The notes: generated from the sequence alone by a model not told the origin. Positions 26,487 to 36,349 are shown, counted from the stretch's first letter. The stretch: 64,000 nt of DNA from Rhodothermales bacterium (GCA_965215165.1 CBDCCX010000006.1:524181-588180); one strand, 5' to 3'. Translations and numbers: made by a program.

Positions 26487-26915
26487 TCAGACGATGCCGG
26501 AGGCGGGGAGGTGCTTCCGGTCCTCCCACGCGCGGTAGCGCTCGAGCTCGGCGTGGAGCGTCCGCAGCACGTAGCCGAGCACCGCCGCGTCGTCGAGGTA
26601 GCCGATCACCGGGATGAAGTCCGGGATCAGGTCGAGCGGGTTGAGGAAGTAGAGGACCGCGGCGACGATCAGCACGATAGCCTTGAGCGGGACGCGGCGG
26701 TACTCGCCGCCGAGCCACGCCCGCACCAAGCGCAGCAGCACCGGCAGGTCGGTGCGGATCTGCCCGATCTCGTCGCTGTGCTCGGCGATCTTGTCGTAGG
26801 CGTCGCGGACGACTTTGCGGACGTGCTTCGGGCTGCGCGTGATGCGCTCGGCCTGGGCGCGGAAACGTTCGAAGCCGAGTGGCGGGTCGGTCGAGGGGGG
26901 CAGCGTGTCGGGCAT
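26487..26915 (-). CDS. YkvA/DUF1232 family protein
   Basis: AVLYFLNPLDLIPDFIPVIGYLDDAAVL signature. Confidence 0.92.
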   Translation of the reverse strand: MPDTLPPSTDPPLGFERFRAQAERITRSPKHVRKVVRDAYDKIAEHSDEIGQIRTDLPVLLRLVRAWLGGEYRRVPLKAIVLIVAAVLYFLNPLDLIPDFIPVIGYLDDAAVLGYVLRTLHAELERYRAWEDRKHLPASGIV

Positions 26916-26995
26916 CGGAAGACGGGGCGGTCGGAAGTGGGGCGGCGGTCCTATGTTTCGGGAGACCCGCCGCCAAGATACACGCGCCCACCGCC

Positions 26996-29953
26996 ATGCT
27001 CCGCCGCCTCCTGCTCGCCCTCGCGCTCGCCGCGCCGGCCGCCGCACAGCCCGTCGTGCAACCCACCGCCGACCGCGCCGAGACCGCGCCGAACCCCGTT
27101 GCCCCGACGCCCGCCGCCGAGCGCCTCGCCGGCTTCGAGGCCCGCGCGGCGCTCGCCGACCGCTCGCTCCTGTCGAACGTCGCCTTCCGCAGCATCGGCC
27201 CGGCGGTGATGAGCGGGCGCGTCACCGACGTCGACGTCTCGCCGACCGACCCGGCGACCTTCTACGTCGCCTACGCCTCGGGCGGGCTGTGGCGCACCAC
27301 GAGCGGCGGCGCGTCCTTCGAGCCGCTCTTCGACGACCAGGCCGCGATGACCCTCGGCGACATCGCCGTCGACTGGCGCGACGCGGAGGGCGACGGCGTG
27401 ACGATCTGGGCCGGCACCGGCGAGAACAACTCGAGCCGCTCGTCCTACGCCGGCACCGGGGTCTACAAGTCCACCGACGGCGGCCGGGCGTGGCAGCACC
27501 TCGGCCTCGGCGAGACCCACCACACCGGCCGCATCGTCCTGCACCCCGACGACCCGGAGACGGCGTGGGTCGCGGCGCTCGGCCCGCTCTACTCGCCCGG
27601 CCCGGACCGGGGCGTCTACAAGACCACCGACGGCGGCCGGACCTGGACGCAGACGCTCTTCGTGAACGACGACACCGGCATCGTCGACCTCGTCCTCGAC
27701 CCTCAGCGCCCGGACGTGCTCTGGGCCGCGGCGTGGGAGCGGACGCGCCGCGCGTGGGACTTCACCGAGGCCGGCGACGGCTCGGGCATCTACAAGAGCA
27801 CCGACGGCGGCGCGACCTGGGACCTGCTCACGACCGAGGGCAGCGGCTTCCCGACGGGCGCGGCCGTCGGGCGGATCGGGCTCGCCGTGTACCCCGGTAA
27901 CGGAGAGACCATCTTCGCCTCGCTCGACAACCAGAGCCGGCGGCCCGAGGAGCCGGACGACGACGCCCCAGCGCTCACGAAAGAGGCGCTCCGCACGATG
28001 AGCCGCACGGCCTTCCTGGCGCTCGCCGAGGACGCGCTCACCGACTACCTCGACCGCAACGGCTTCCCGCTCTCGTACACCGCCGAGTCGCTCCTCGAGA
28101 TGGTGAGCGAGGGCACGCTGGAGCCGGTCGCCCTGGTCGAGTACCTCGAGGACGCCAACCGGCAGCTCTTCGACACGCCCGTCGTCGGGGCCGAGGTCTA
28201 CCGCTCCGACGACGGCGGCCGGACGTGGAGCCGCACCCACGCCGACCACCTCGACGACCTGTTCTTTTCCTACGGCTACTACTTCGGCGAAGTCCGCGTC
28301 GCGCCCGGCGACCCGGACCGGCTCTACCTCCTCGGCGTCCCGCTCCTCGCCTCCAGCGACGGCGGCGCGACGTGGGCCTCCCTCAGCCAGGAGCACGTCC
28401 ACGCCGACCACCACGCGCTCTTCGTCAACCCGAACCGACCGGGCCACCTGGTCAGCGGCAACGACGGCGGGGTCAACGTCTCGTTCGACAACGGGCAGTC
28501 GTGGTTCAAGGCCAACAGCCCGGCCGTCGGGCAGTTCTACACCGTGGCCGTAGACGACCGGGATCCCTACCACGTCTACGGCGGCTTGCAGGACAACGGC
28601 GTGTGGGCCGGGCCGCACACCCACACGCCCGGCCCCGGCTGGCGCGCCTCGGGCGACTACGACTGGGACTGGATCATGGGCGGCGACGGGATGCAGATCG
28701 CCGTCGACACGCGGACCAACAACACCGTCTACACCGGCTTCCAGTTCGGCAACTACTTCCGGCTTGACCGCCCCGCGCCGGGGGCCGACTACGAGCGGAC
28801 CCGCATTACCCCAAGCCACGACCTCGGCGAGCGCCCGCTCCGCTTCAACTGGCAGACGCCGGTCGCGCTCTCGCGCCACAACCAGGACATCCTCTACCTC
28901 GGGTCGCAGCGCCTGCACCGCTCGCTCGACCGGGGCGAGACGTGGCAAGCGGTCTCGGGCGACCTCACGCGCGGCGGGCGTCGGGGCGACGTGCCCTACG
29001 GCGCGCTGACCTCCATCGCCGAGTCGCCGCTCCGGTTCGGGCTCCTCGTGGTGGGGAGCGACGACGGGCTGGTCCACGTCACCGAGGACGGCGGGCACGG
29101 GTGGGCCGATGTCTCGGCCGGCCTGCCGCCGGACCTCTGGGTGAGCCGGGTCGTCGCCTCGCAGCACGACATGGCCCGGCTCTACGTCGCGCTCAACGGC
29201 TACCGCTGGGACCACTTCGAGGCGCACGTCTACCGCTCCGATGACCTCGGCCGGACGTGGCAACGCCTCGGGACCGATCTCCCGGCCGAGCCGGTGAACG
29301 TGATCGTCGAGGACCCAGAGAATCCCGATCTCCTCTTCGTCGGTACCGACCACGGGCTCTACGCGAGCCTCGACGGCGGCGCGTCGTTCATGACGATGAT
29401 GGGCGAGCGCACCGAGGGCGGGCTGCCGAACGCGCCGGTCCACGACGCCGTAGTCCATGCGGGTGCGCGCGACCTGGTGGTCGGCACCCACGGCCGGTCG
29501 ATCTGGACCGTAGGCCTGGAGCACGTCGAGGCGCTAACGCCGGCGGTGGTGGCGGGCGGGCTGCGGGTGTTCGAGCTCGAGCCGGTGCAGCACGCGGAGG
29601 ACTGGGGCAGCCGGGGCTGGGCGTGGGACGAGCCGACGGTGCCCGAGTCCGCAGTCACCTACTTCGCGCCCGCCGCCGGTCAGGCCACCGTGACGGTGAC
29701 CGACTCCGCCGGCACGCTCGTGTGGGCCGGCTTCGACGAGGCCGAGCGCGGGCTGAACGTCGTCGCCTACGACCTGACCGTCGACCCCGACGAGGTCCGC
29801 GAGGGCAACGAGCGCGCCGACGACGGCCGAGTGTATCTCATCCCTGGTCTCTACACGGTCACGGTCTCGCTCGGAAGTGAGACGGCAGGTGAGACATTGT
29901 CCATCGAAGCAGACAAGGCAGCGCCCACGCGAGAACGGAAGAAGATACCATAG
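26996..29953 (+). CDS. BNR/Asp-box (VPS10/sortilin-like) glycosyl hydrolase-family secreted protein
   Basis: Signal peptide; FRSIGPAVMSGRV, many (K/R)S(T/D)DGGxTW Asp-boxes, HADHHA, GGLQDNG, RFNWQTP; FlgD-like C-terminus. Confidence 0.9.
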   Translation: MLRRLLLALALAAPAAAQPVVQPTADRAETAPNPVAPTPAAERLAGFEARAALADRSLLSNVAFRSIGPAVMSGRVTDVDVSPTDPATFYVAYASGGLWRTTSGGASFEPLFDDQAAMTLGDIAVDWRDAEGDGVTIWAGTGENNSSRSSYAGTGVYKSTDGGRAWQHLGLGETHHTGRIVLHPDDPETAWVAALGPLYSPGPDRGVYKTTDGGRTWTQTLFVNDDTGIVDLVLDPQRPDVLWAAAWERTRRAWDFTEAGDGSGIYKSTDGGATWDLLTTEGSGFPTGAAVGRIGLAVYPGNGETIFASLDNQSRRPEEPDDDAPALTKEALRTMSRTAFLALAEDALTDYLDRNGFPLSYTAESLLEMVSEGTLEPVALVEYLEDANRQLFDTPVVGAEVYRSDDGGRTWSRTHADHLDDLFFSYGYYFGEVRVAPGDPDRLYLLGVPLLASSDGGATWASLSQEHVHADHHALFVNPNRPGHLVSGNDGGVNVSFDNGQSWFKANSPAVGQFYTVAVDDRDPYHVYGGLQDNGVWAGPHTHTPGPGWRASGDYDWDWIMGGDGMQIAVDTRTNNTVYTGFQFGNYFRLDRPAPGADYERTRITPSHDLGERPLRFNWQTPVALSRHNQDILYLGSQRLHRSLDRGETWQAVSGDLTRGGRRGDVPYGALTSIAESPLRFGLLVVGSDDGLVHVTEDGGHGWADVSAGLPPDLWVSRVVASQHDMARLYVALNGYRWDHFEAHVYRSDDLGRTWQRLGTDLPAEPVNVIVEDPENPDLLFVGTDHGLYASLDGGASFMTMMGERTEGGLPNAPVHDAVVHAGARDLVVGTHGRSIWTVGLEHVEALTPAVVAGGLRVFELEPVQHAEDWGSRGWAWDEPTVPESAVTYFAPAAGQATVTVTDSAGTLVWAGFDEAERGLNVVAYDLTVDPDEVREGNERADDGRVYLIPGLYTVTVSLGSETAGETLSIEADKAAPTRERKKIP

Positions 29954-30145
29954 ACAACTGTTAACAATGGAAATGCAGATAAAATGAAGCGATGGAGAGA
30001 TTTTTGAGCTATCCTTGTGCAGAGGTTAAGCAAGCGAGCATAGTGTGCTATTCAGGTGACTACGTCCGCACTTAACAGACTGTGGCATGCTTCTCTTGGC
30101 ACTGCCGCTCGAACAACCGATCCCTACCATTCGAAAGGTTGACCA

Positions 30146-30808
30146 ATGTCCTACTCCCGACCTCTCCACAGAAGCTCGCGCGTCCAGCACTTCGGTGCCG
30201 GGGCCGCCGCCTCGTTCCTCCTCCTCACGTTCCTGCTCGGCTTCATCGGGTGCGACCGTGAGCTCGCCGAGCGCGACGAGCGCGGCGTGGACATCGAGGT
30301 GGATGTCCGTCCCGCCCCGTGTGACAGCACCCGCTACGACGAACCGCCCGTCTCGGAGCGCCGCGAGGTGGACCCGAGTGGCAACGTCCGGGTCAAGGTG
30401 ACGGTGCGGACCTGCTGCTGCTGCTGCGGCGACGGGATCAGCGGCCGCACGGGCTACGTCCCGCCCTCGCCGATCACCGGCACCGGCCCCGGCGGCCCGC
30501 CCTCCACGATCACGCCGCCGAGCGTCGTGCCGCCCGCCGACCTTCCGCCGATCGCCGCGCTCACGCCCGTGCCGCCTGCTGCGCCGGCCCCGCCGCTCCA
30601 GGTCACCCCGCCCGTCGCGGGCGCCTTCCCCGGCGGCGTTCCCGGCCCGCCCATCGCGCCTCCGGCGCAGGCGGGCCTCCCGTGGTGGCTCGGTCTGCTC
30701 GGCGCGCCGCTGCTCGTGCTCACCCTCGACAACGACATGCCCGACGGCGTGATCTGCGGCGACGACTCCGGCCTGCCGACCGGCCCGGACCGCCCGCGCT
30801 GCAACTGA
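30146..30808 (+). CDS. Hypothetical lipoprotein-like protein with penta-Cys motif, Pro-rich linker and C-terminal TM helix
   Basis: LLGFIGC lipobox-like; RTCCCCCG; Pro-rich tract; LPWWLGLLGAPLLVL; high GC3. Confidence 0.65.
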   Translation: MSYSRPLHRSSRVQHFGAGAAASFLLLTFLLGFIGCDRELAERDERGVDIEVDVRPAPCDSTRYDEPPVSERREVDPSGNVRVKVTVRTCCCCCGDGISGRTGYVPPSPITGTGPGGPPSTITPPSVVPPADLPPIAALTPVPPAAPAPPLQVTPPVAGAFPGGVPGPPIAPPAQAGLPWWLGLLGAPLLVLTLDNDMPDGVICGDDSGLPTGPDRPRCN

Positions 30809-30857
30809 TCGGCGCTGCGACTGATCGGCGTTCCCGCCCGTCCCCTTTGGCCCGGCC

Positions 30858-31439
30858 TCAGTCCGTCTGAGTCTGGGCTTTTCTGTCTACGGGAATCCAC
30901 TCCGCCTCGGCCACCCCGGCGCGCCGGTTGACCCAGCGGGCGAGCACGAAGAGCAGGTCCGAGAGCCGGTTGAGGTAGCGCGCGGCGTGCTCGCTGACCG
31001 GCTCCTCCGCGGCTAGCTCGACGGTGTGGCGCTCGGCGCGGCGGGCGACGGTGCGGGCGACGTGGAGCGCGGCTCCGGCAGGCGATCCGCTCGGGAGGAT
31101 GAAGTGCTTCAGCGCGGGCAGGTCCTCCTCGAGCGCGTCGATCTCCCGCTCCAGCCGGTCCACGTGCTCCTGCTCCAGCCGGGGCACCGGGTATTTCGTC
31201 TCTGCGGGCGCGGCCAGGTCGCCGCCGAGGACGAACAGCTCCTGCTGGAGACGGCCCAGGAGGGCGTCGGCGCGGTCGAAGCCGGGGGCACCGACGCCGA
31301 GCGCGCGGACGAGGCCGAGGGCGGCGTTGGCTTCGTCGACGGTGCCGTAGGCCGTGATGCGCGGGTGGGTCTTGGCGACGCGGTCGCCGCCGAAGAGGGC
31401 GGTCGTGCCGGCGTCGCCGGTGCGGGTGTAGACTTTCAT
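30858..31439 (-). CDS. ATP:cob(I)alamin adenosyltransferase (PduO type)
   Basis: MKVYTRTGDAGTT, AYGTVDEANA, FILPSG, LHVARTVARRAER, YLNRLSDLLFVLAR. Confidence 0.95.
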   Translation of the reverse strand: MKVYTRTGDAGTTALFGGDRVAKTHPRITAYGTVDEANAALGLVRALGVGAPGFDRADALLGRLQQELFVLGGDLAAPAETKYPVPRLEQEHVDRLEREIDALEEDLPALKHFILPSGSPAGAALHVARTVARRAERHTVELAAEEPVSEHAARYLNRLSDLLFVLARWVNRRAGVAEAEWIPVDRKAQTQTD

Positions 31440-31440
31440 G

Positions 31441-31531
31441 GGGTTGCTAGTTTGCAGTCTCTGGTTTCTAGGTAGGCGAGAGGATCGTGTGTGCCCAACT
31501 AGAAACCAGAAACCAGGAACGGAAAACTCAA
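31441..31531. repeat. Heptamer-periodic inverted-arm element (GTT/AAC type)
   Basis: GGGTT GCTAGTT TGCAGTC TCTGGTT TCTAGGT, spacer, AACTAGA AACCAGA AACCAGG AACGGAA AACTCAA. Confidence 0.8.
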
Positions 31532-32298
31532 ACGGGCGCGAGGTAACGAATCTCGAGCGCCCCATCTGGTGAGTCGAGCAGGTCGGCCTCCATGCGGAAC
31601 ACGTCGCGGAGGAGGGCGGACGTGAGCACGTCGCGCGGTGGGCCGTCGGCGACCAGGCGGCCGGCGTCGAGCACGAGGAGCCGGTCGGCGTAGCGGGCGG
31701 CGAAGGCGAGGTCGTGGAACGCGGCGGCGACGGTGCGGCGGGGGGCAAGAGTCGCCACGCGGTCCATCCCCCCGAACTGGTGGTGCACGTCGAGGTGCGC
31801 CGTCGGCTCGTCGAGCAGGAGAACGCCCGCCTCCTGGGCGAGGGCCTGGGCAAGCTGGACGCGCTGCTGCTCGCCGCCGGAGAGCGTGCCGAGCGAGCGC
31901 CCGGCGAAGCCGCCGAGGTCGAGCTCGGCGAGCGCAGCCTCCGCCAGGGCGCGGTCGGCAGCGGCGAAGCCTTCGAGCCAGCCCCGGTGCGGCGAGCGCC
32001 CGAGCAGCACGAACTCCTCGACCGTGAAGTCGAACGCGAGCGCCGGACGCTGCCGGACGAACGCGAGCCGCCGCGCCAGGTCACGTGGGGTCCACGCCCG
32101 CACCGGCCGGCCGTCGAGTGCGAGCGTCCCGGTGTGCGGCAGCAGCCCGCCGAGCGCGCGCAGCAGCGTCGTCTTCCCACTCCCGTTCGGCCCGACGAGC
32201 GCCACCCACTCGCCGGGTTCGACGGTGAAGCGCAGGCCGTGGAGGACGGGGCGACCGCCGAGGGCCACGCCCAGGTCGTCGGCGCTGAAAACGGACAT
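31528..32298 (-). CDS. ABC transporter ATP-binding subunit (FepC/BtuD/HmuV-like)
   Basis: Walker A GPNGSGKTT, signature LSGGEQQR, Walker B LLLDEPTAHLD, H-loop AFHDL. Confidence 0.92.
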   Translation of the reverse strand: MSVFSADDLGVALGGRPVLHGLRFTVEPGEWVALVGPNGSGKTTLLRALGGLLPHTGTLALDGRPVRAWTPRDLARRLAFVRQRPALAFDFTVEEFVLLGRSPHRGWLEGFAAADRALAEAALAELDLGGFAGRSLGTLSGGEQQRVQLAQALAQEAGVLLLDEPTAHLDVHHQFGGMDRVATLAPRRTVAAAFHDLAFAARYADRLLVLDAGRLVADGPPRDVLTSALLRDVFRMEADLLDSPDGALEIRYLAPV

Positions 32299-32370
32299 GG
32301 GGAGGAGGACGAGGAGGGGAACCGGAGGCGCGTCGCGTCGGTGCATCGCCGCCCACCGCCGCCGCGCCCG

Positions 32371-32862
32371 ATGATACGACTGCCGATCGCTCTCTCTGCC
32401 GTGCTCGCCCTGCTGCTCGTCGCCCTGCCGGGCTGCGACACCGTCGAAGGGCAGGACCTGTTCTTCGAGCAGTCCGAGCTAGACCCGCGAGGATTCACCG
32501 AGACCGGAGAAGACGGCGAGGTGGTCAGCGAGGACCCCGACGACTGGCGCGTCGCCCCCTTCTTCGCCAACCAAGTTGACGTGCGGCCCGCCTCGCCGAA
32601 CCCCGTCGCCCGCAACGGCCTCGTCACGCTCACCGTGCAGGACATTTTTGGCACCTTCACGGGGGAGCTCAGACTCAGCGGCATCGGCGACGGGCGTCAG
32701 TTCGTGTTGCTGGACGAAGATGCCGGCCCGGACTTCTACACGTTCACCTTCAATCCCACGCGCCTCCGAATCAGCAGCGGCGAGGGGCCTCGGCTCTACC
32801 GCGTTCGGGTCCTCGACAGCCAGAGCCGGATCGTCACCTACGGCGATATCCTCGTACAGTGA
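32371..32862 (+). CDS. Hypothetical lipoprotein with CTD-like C-terminal domain
   Basis: Lipobox LVALPGC; DPDDW; PASPNP...LYRVRV...GDILVQ. Confidence 0.7.
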   Translation: MIRLPIALSAVLALLLVALPGCDTVEGQDLFFEQSELDPRGFTETGEDGEVVSEDPDDWRVAPFFANQVDVRPASPNPVARNGLVTLTVQDIFGTFTGELRLSGIGDGRQFVLLDEDAGPDFYTFTFNPTRLRISSGEGPRLYRVRVLDSQSRIVTYGDILVQ

Positions 32863-32920
32863 GGCGTGTTGTGTGCTCCGCCTCGCGGGAGTACCTAGTC
32901 TCACGCACCACGTTTCACGA
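32859..32920. repeat. Heptamer-periodic inverted-arm element (GTG/CAC type) between convergent genes
   Basis: GTGAGGC GTGTTGT GTGCTCC, spacer, CTCACGC ACCACGT TTCACGA. Confidence 0.6.
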
Positions 32921-35900
32921 CCCGCCGTTGCGCTGCTGGAGGAGGTCGAAGTAGCGCTTGATCATCTCCTGGTAGTCCGGCGCGTAGCCGCTCTCGAGCG
33001 CGCGGATCAGGTCGCGCCGGAGGCGGTCGACCTCCTCGGTCTCGGGGAGCGCGTCCGGCGTGTCGGGCGGGCGGTCCTGGCCGGTCTGGCTCTCGCGCTC
33101 GCGCTTCTTGCCGCGCTGGTTGATCGACTCCCGCGCCTCCAGGAGCCGGGTGAGGATGTTCTCCTGGCGCTCGCGCAGCTCGCGGTCGATCTGGCCGCTC
33201 TCTAGGCGGCGGGCGGCCTCCTCCATCTGCTCGGCGATGCGCTGGAGCTGGCTCTTGCCCTGCCCGTCGAGCGCCGGGTTCTGGGACATCTCCTCAAGCT
33301 GCTGGCGAAGGGCCTCCTGCTGCTGGCGGAGCTGCTGCATCCGGCCCTGCTGGTCTTGGGAGAGGCGCTGGCCCTGGGCGTCGTTGAGCATCTGCTGAAT
33401 CTGCTGATTCATCTGCTGCTGCTGGCCGGACATCTGCTGGAGCTGCTGCATCATCTGCTGCATCGACGGCGAGCCGCTGCCCTGGCCGGAGCTGGGGTTC
33501 TGCATCTGGTCCATCAGGTCCGAGAGCAGGAGGGCGAGGTCGTTCAGGCTCGTCATCGACGCCTTCTGGTGGCCGGCGGCCTGGGGCACGCGCCGCTCGG
33601 CGAGCTCCTCGACCGACGCGCCCATCTCGCGGAGCGCCTCGCCGGTGCGGCGCTGGATCTCGACGTCCATCTGCGGGATCTCGCGGGCGAGGCTGCGGAG
33701 CGAGTCGCTGACGGTCGCGAGGCCGGCCGAGAGCTCGACCTGCTGCGCGGCGTTCGGGCGGATGGTCGGGCTGTCCGACGGTTGGCCGGCGGTCTCGGCG
33801 CGGAGCGACTCCTGCTCGTAGGAGAGCGTCAGCACGTCGTCGAGCGCGCGGCGGAGGCCGGCGAGGTTGGCCTGCTGCTGCTGGCCCGACATCTGCTGCT
33901 GCATCTGCTGCATCTGCTCGGCCATCTGCTGCATCTGCTGCTGCATCTGCTGCTGGCCCTGCTGCGCGTCCTGGAGCTCGTTCTGCCGCATCTGCTCGGA
34001 GTTCTGCTGCTGCTGCTGCTGCATCTGCTGCATCTGCTCGGCCGCGTCCTGCATCTGCTCGGCGGCGTCCTCCGCGCTCTTCATGCCCTCTAGCTGCTCC
34101 TGCATCTCGCGCATCATCTCCTCGAGCGCCTCGGCCTCCTGGCGGGCCTGGTCCTGCTGCTCAGCTAAGCGGTCCTGCTCGGCCTGCGACTCCTCGGCGC
34201 TGAGCTCGCCGTTCTCCTGCTGCTGCTCCAGCTCCTCGGTCTGCTCCTGCAAGGCGCGCTCCTGCTCGGCCAGGGCCTCGGCGCGCTTCGCCGCCTCGTC
34301 GAGCTTCTGGGCGACCTGCATCTTCTCCAACAGCTCCAGCGCCCGCTCGATCCGCTCGCGGAACTGCTCCTCGTTGAACTCGAACTCCTCCATCGCCTCC
34401 ATCATCTGGGGCAGGTCGAGGTTCTCCATCGCCTCCTGCAATTTCTGCAGCGCCTCGCGCATCTCGGGCGTGGCGATCTCCTCCATCACGCGCTGCATCT
34501 CTTGGTACTGCCGCAGCGTCTCCTCGCTCACCAAGTCGTTCTCCTGCATCTGCTCCAGCAGCTCCTGCATCTGCTCTGCGCCCTGCTCGACCTGCTCCTC
34601 GAGCTGCTGCTGGCGCTCCTGCAGGTTCTGGAGCTGGCGCTGGTCCTCCCAGTCGGCGTCCTGCTTGCGGCGCAGCTCGTCGCGCAGCTCCTCGAACTGC
34701 TCGCGCGTCTCGGCCTCGTCGCGGAGCAGCTCCTCGAGTCCCTCCTCGGTGCCGTCCTGCGCGTCGTCGAGCTGCTCGTACTGCTCGGCGAGCGACGGGA
34801 AGCGGAGCGTGAACGTCGGGGTCCGGGCCGATTTGTAGCCGGCCACGGCGTCGTTGTCCCAGACTTGCAGGTAGTATTCCACCACATCGCCGGGCGCGAG
34901 GCCGGGGGCGACGGAGCGGAGGAACCACTCGTGCGCTACGTCCTGGTCCAGCAAGCGCGGCTGCACGGAGAGGTCGAGCGATTCGAAGTCGGCCTCGGCG
35001 GCGTCGGTCCCAGGCTCGCCTGCGACGCGCCAGTAGAGCCGGAGCCGGGCGAAGCCGAAGTCGTCGGTGACGCGGGCGGCGACGCGGGTCTGGAGCGCCT
35101 CGGTCAGGTCCACGTCCGCGCCCGGCGCGAGCAGGCTGATCTGGGGCGGCGCGTCGGAGAGGAGCTGGAGCGTGTAGGCGATGGGGTCGGCGTTCTCGGT
35201 GCCGTTCGCGCCGTGCAGACGCAGGCGGTAGCTCCCCTCGCGGCGGAGCCGGAAGGAGCCGGTCGCGGCCGTGCCGTCGAGGGTGAGCGGGACGGCCTCG
35301 CCGTCGTCGAAGACGACGAAGGCCGAGTCGACCGGCGCGCCGCCGACCTCGGCCTCGACCGAGACGGTCGTCCCCGGCAGCCCGGTCACGTCGCCGACGT
35401 TGGGGGCGAGGCGCTGCGGGGCGAGGCGCGTGTAGCGCGGCGGCGTCGCCGTGATGCGGAGCGCCTGGACCGCCGGCCGCACCACGACCGTCGCCGTAAA
35501 CCAATCGGTCTCGACCCCCGAGGCCTCGACGCGGTAGCGGAGCGACTCGCGGAGGTTCGTCGCCGTGTGGCGGAAGGTGCCCGACGAGTCGGCGAGCAGG
35601 CGGACGGCGGTCGTGCGGTCCTCGCCGGGCCGGCCGAGCCAGAGCGTGGCCTCGCGCGGCAGCGCCCGGCCCCGCGCCCGGACCTCGACGGTGAGGTCGC
35701 TGCCCCGGACGATCTCCGCGTCGCCCGGCGCGACGAGCAGGCTGAACGGCGCGGGCGGCGCGAAGGTCTCGGTCGGGGAGAAGAGGCGGTGGACGGCCCC
35801 GGTGAACGCCGCCGGCGCGAGCAGCCCGAAGAGCGCCAGGCCCAGGATGGGCACCGCCGCGACCGGCGCGGTCCGCCGGGCCGGGCCGAGGTCCTCGACC

Positions 35901-36349
35901 CGTTCGAACGGCACCGGCTCGATCTCGCGCCCGAGCATCTGCACCGCGCCGTCGAGCAGCGGAGCCGGGGCGTCGGAGGCGCGCCCGTCGGCCAGGTCGA
36001 GGAGGTTCGTCAGGCGGTCCGAGACCTCGGGGAAGCGCCGCCCGATGCGCGCGGCGAGGGCTTGGTCGCCGAGGCCGGGGAGCACCCCGAAGTAGACCAG
36101 CAGCGGCCGGACCACGAAGACGCCGACGAGGCCGAGCGCGGCGAGCAGGAAGGCGACGTAGAACAGCAGCCGCGTGGCCGTCCCCATCCACAGCCCCGCC
36201 TCGGCGGCGGCCCCGATCCCGAGCGCGGCGGCGAGCACGCCGAGCGTGAGCGCCGCGCCGAAGAGCAGGTCGGCGGTCAGCACGCGGCGGCGCGCGCGGG
36301 CGAGGCGGGCGCGCAAGGCGTCGAGAAGCTGTCGGCTCTGCTCACCCAT
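32915..36349 (-). CDS. DUF4175 family membrane-anchored protein with Gln/Glu-rich coiled coil
   Basis: N-terminal TM helices, ISRRFPEVSDRL-like segment, Ig-like region (YYLQVWDND), long Q/E/M-rich helical tail ending GYAPDYQEMIKRYF. Confidence 0.82.
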   Translation of the reverse strand: MGEQSRQLLDALRARLARARRRVLTADLLFGAALTLGVLAAALGIGAAAEAGLWMGTATRLLFYVAFLLAALGLVGVFVVRPLLVYFGVLPGLGDQALAARIGRRFPEVSDRLTNLLDLADGRASDAPAPLLDGAVQMLGREIEPVPFERVEDLGPARRTAPVAAVPILGLALFGLLAPAAFTGAVHRLFSPTETFAPPAPFSLLVAPGDAEIVRGSDLTVEVRARGRALPREATLWLGRPGEDRTTAVRLLADSSGTFRHTATNLRESLRYRVEASGVETDWFTATVVVRPAVQALRITATPPRYTRLAPQRLAPNVGDVTGLPGTTVSVEAEVGGAPVDSAFVVFDDGEAVPLTLDGTAATGSFRLRREGSYRLRLHGANGTENADPIAYTLQLLSDAPPQISLLAPGADVDLTEALQTRVAARVTDDFGFARLRLYWRVAGEPGTDAAEADFESLDLSVQPRLLDQDVAHEWFLRSVAPGLAPGDVVEYYLQVWDNDAVAGYKSARTPTFTLRFPSLAEQYEQLDDAQDGTEEGLEELLRDEAETREQFEELRDELRRKQDADWEDQRQLQNLQERQQQLEEQVEQGAEQMQELLEQMQENDLVSEETLRQYQEMQRVMEEIATPEMREALQKLQEAMENLDLPQMMEAMEEFEFNEEQFRERIERALELLEKMQVAQKLDEAAKRAEALAEQERALQEQTEELEQQQENGELSAEESQAEQDRLAEQQDQARQEAEALEEMMREMQEQLEGMKSAEDAAEQMQDAAEQMQQMQQQQQQNSEQMRQNELQDAQQGQQQMQQQMQQMAEQMQQMQQQMSGQQQQANLAGLRRALDDVLTLSYEQESLRAETAGQPSDSPTIRPNAAQQVELSAGLATVSDSLRSLAREIPQMDVEIQRRTGEALREMGASVEELAERRVPQAAGHQKASMTSLNDLALLLSDLMDQMQNPSSGQGSGSPSMQQMMQQLQQMSGQQQQMNQQIQQMLNDAQGQRLSQDQQGRMQQLRQQQEALRQQLEEMSQNPALDGQGKSQLQRIAEQMEEAARRLESGQIDRELRERQENILTRLLEARESINQRGKKRERESQTGQDRPPDTPDALPETEEVDRLRRDLIRALESGYAPDYQEMIKRYFDLLQQRNGGS

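Noticed and set aside
30804-30830. Direct repeat ACTGATCGGCG x2 at the end of the penta-Cys gene
   Set aside because: Only two 11-mers, 16 bp apart, with no other copies or structure; likely a local slippage duplication
33290-34700. CTG/CAG-rich repeats
   Set aside because: Explained by the Gln/Met-rich coiled coil of the DUF4175 protein
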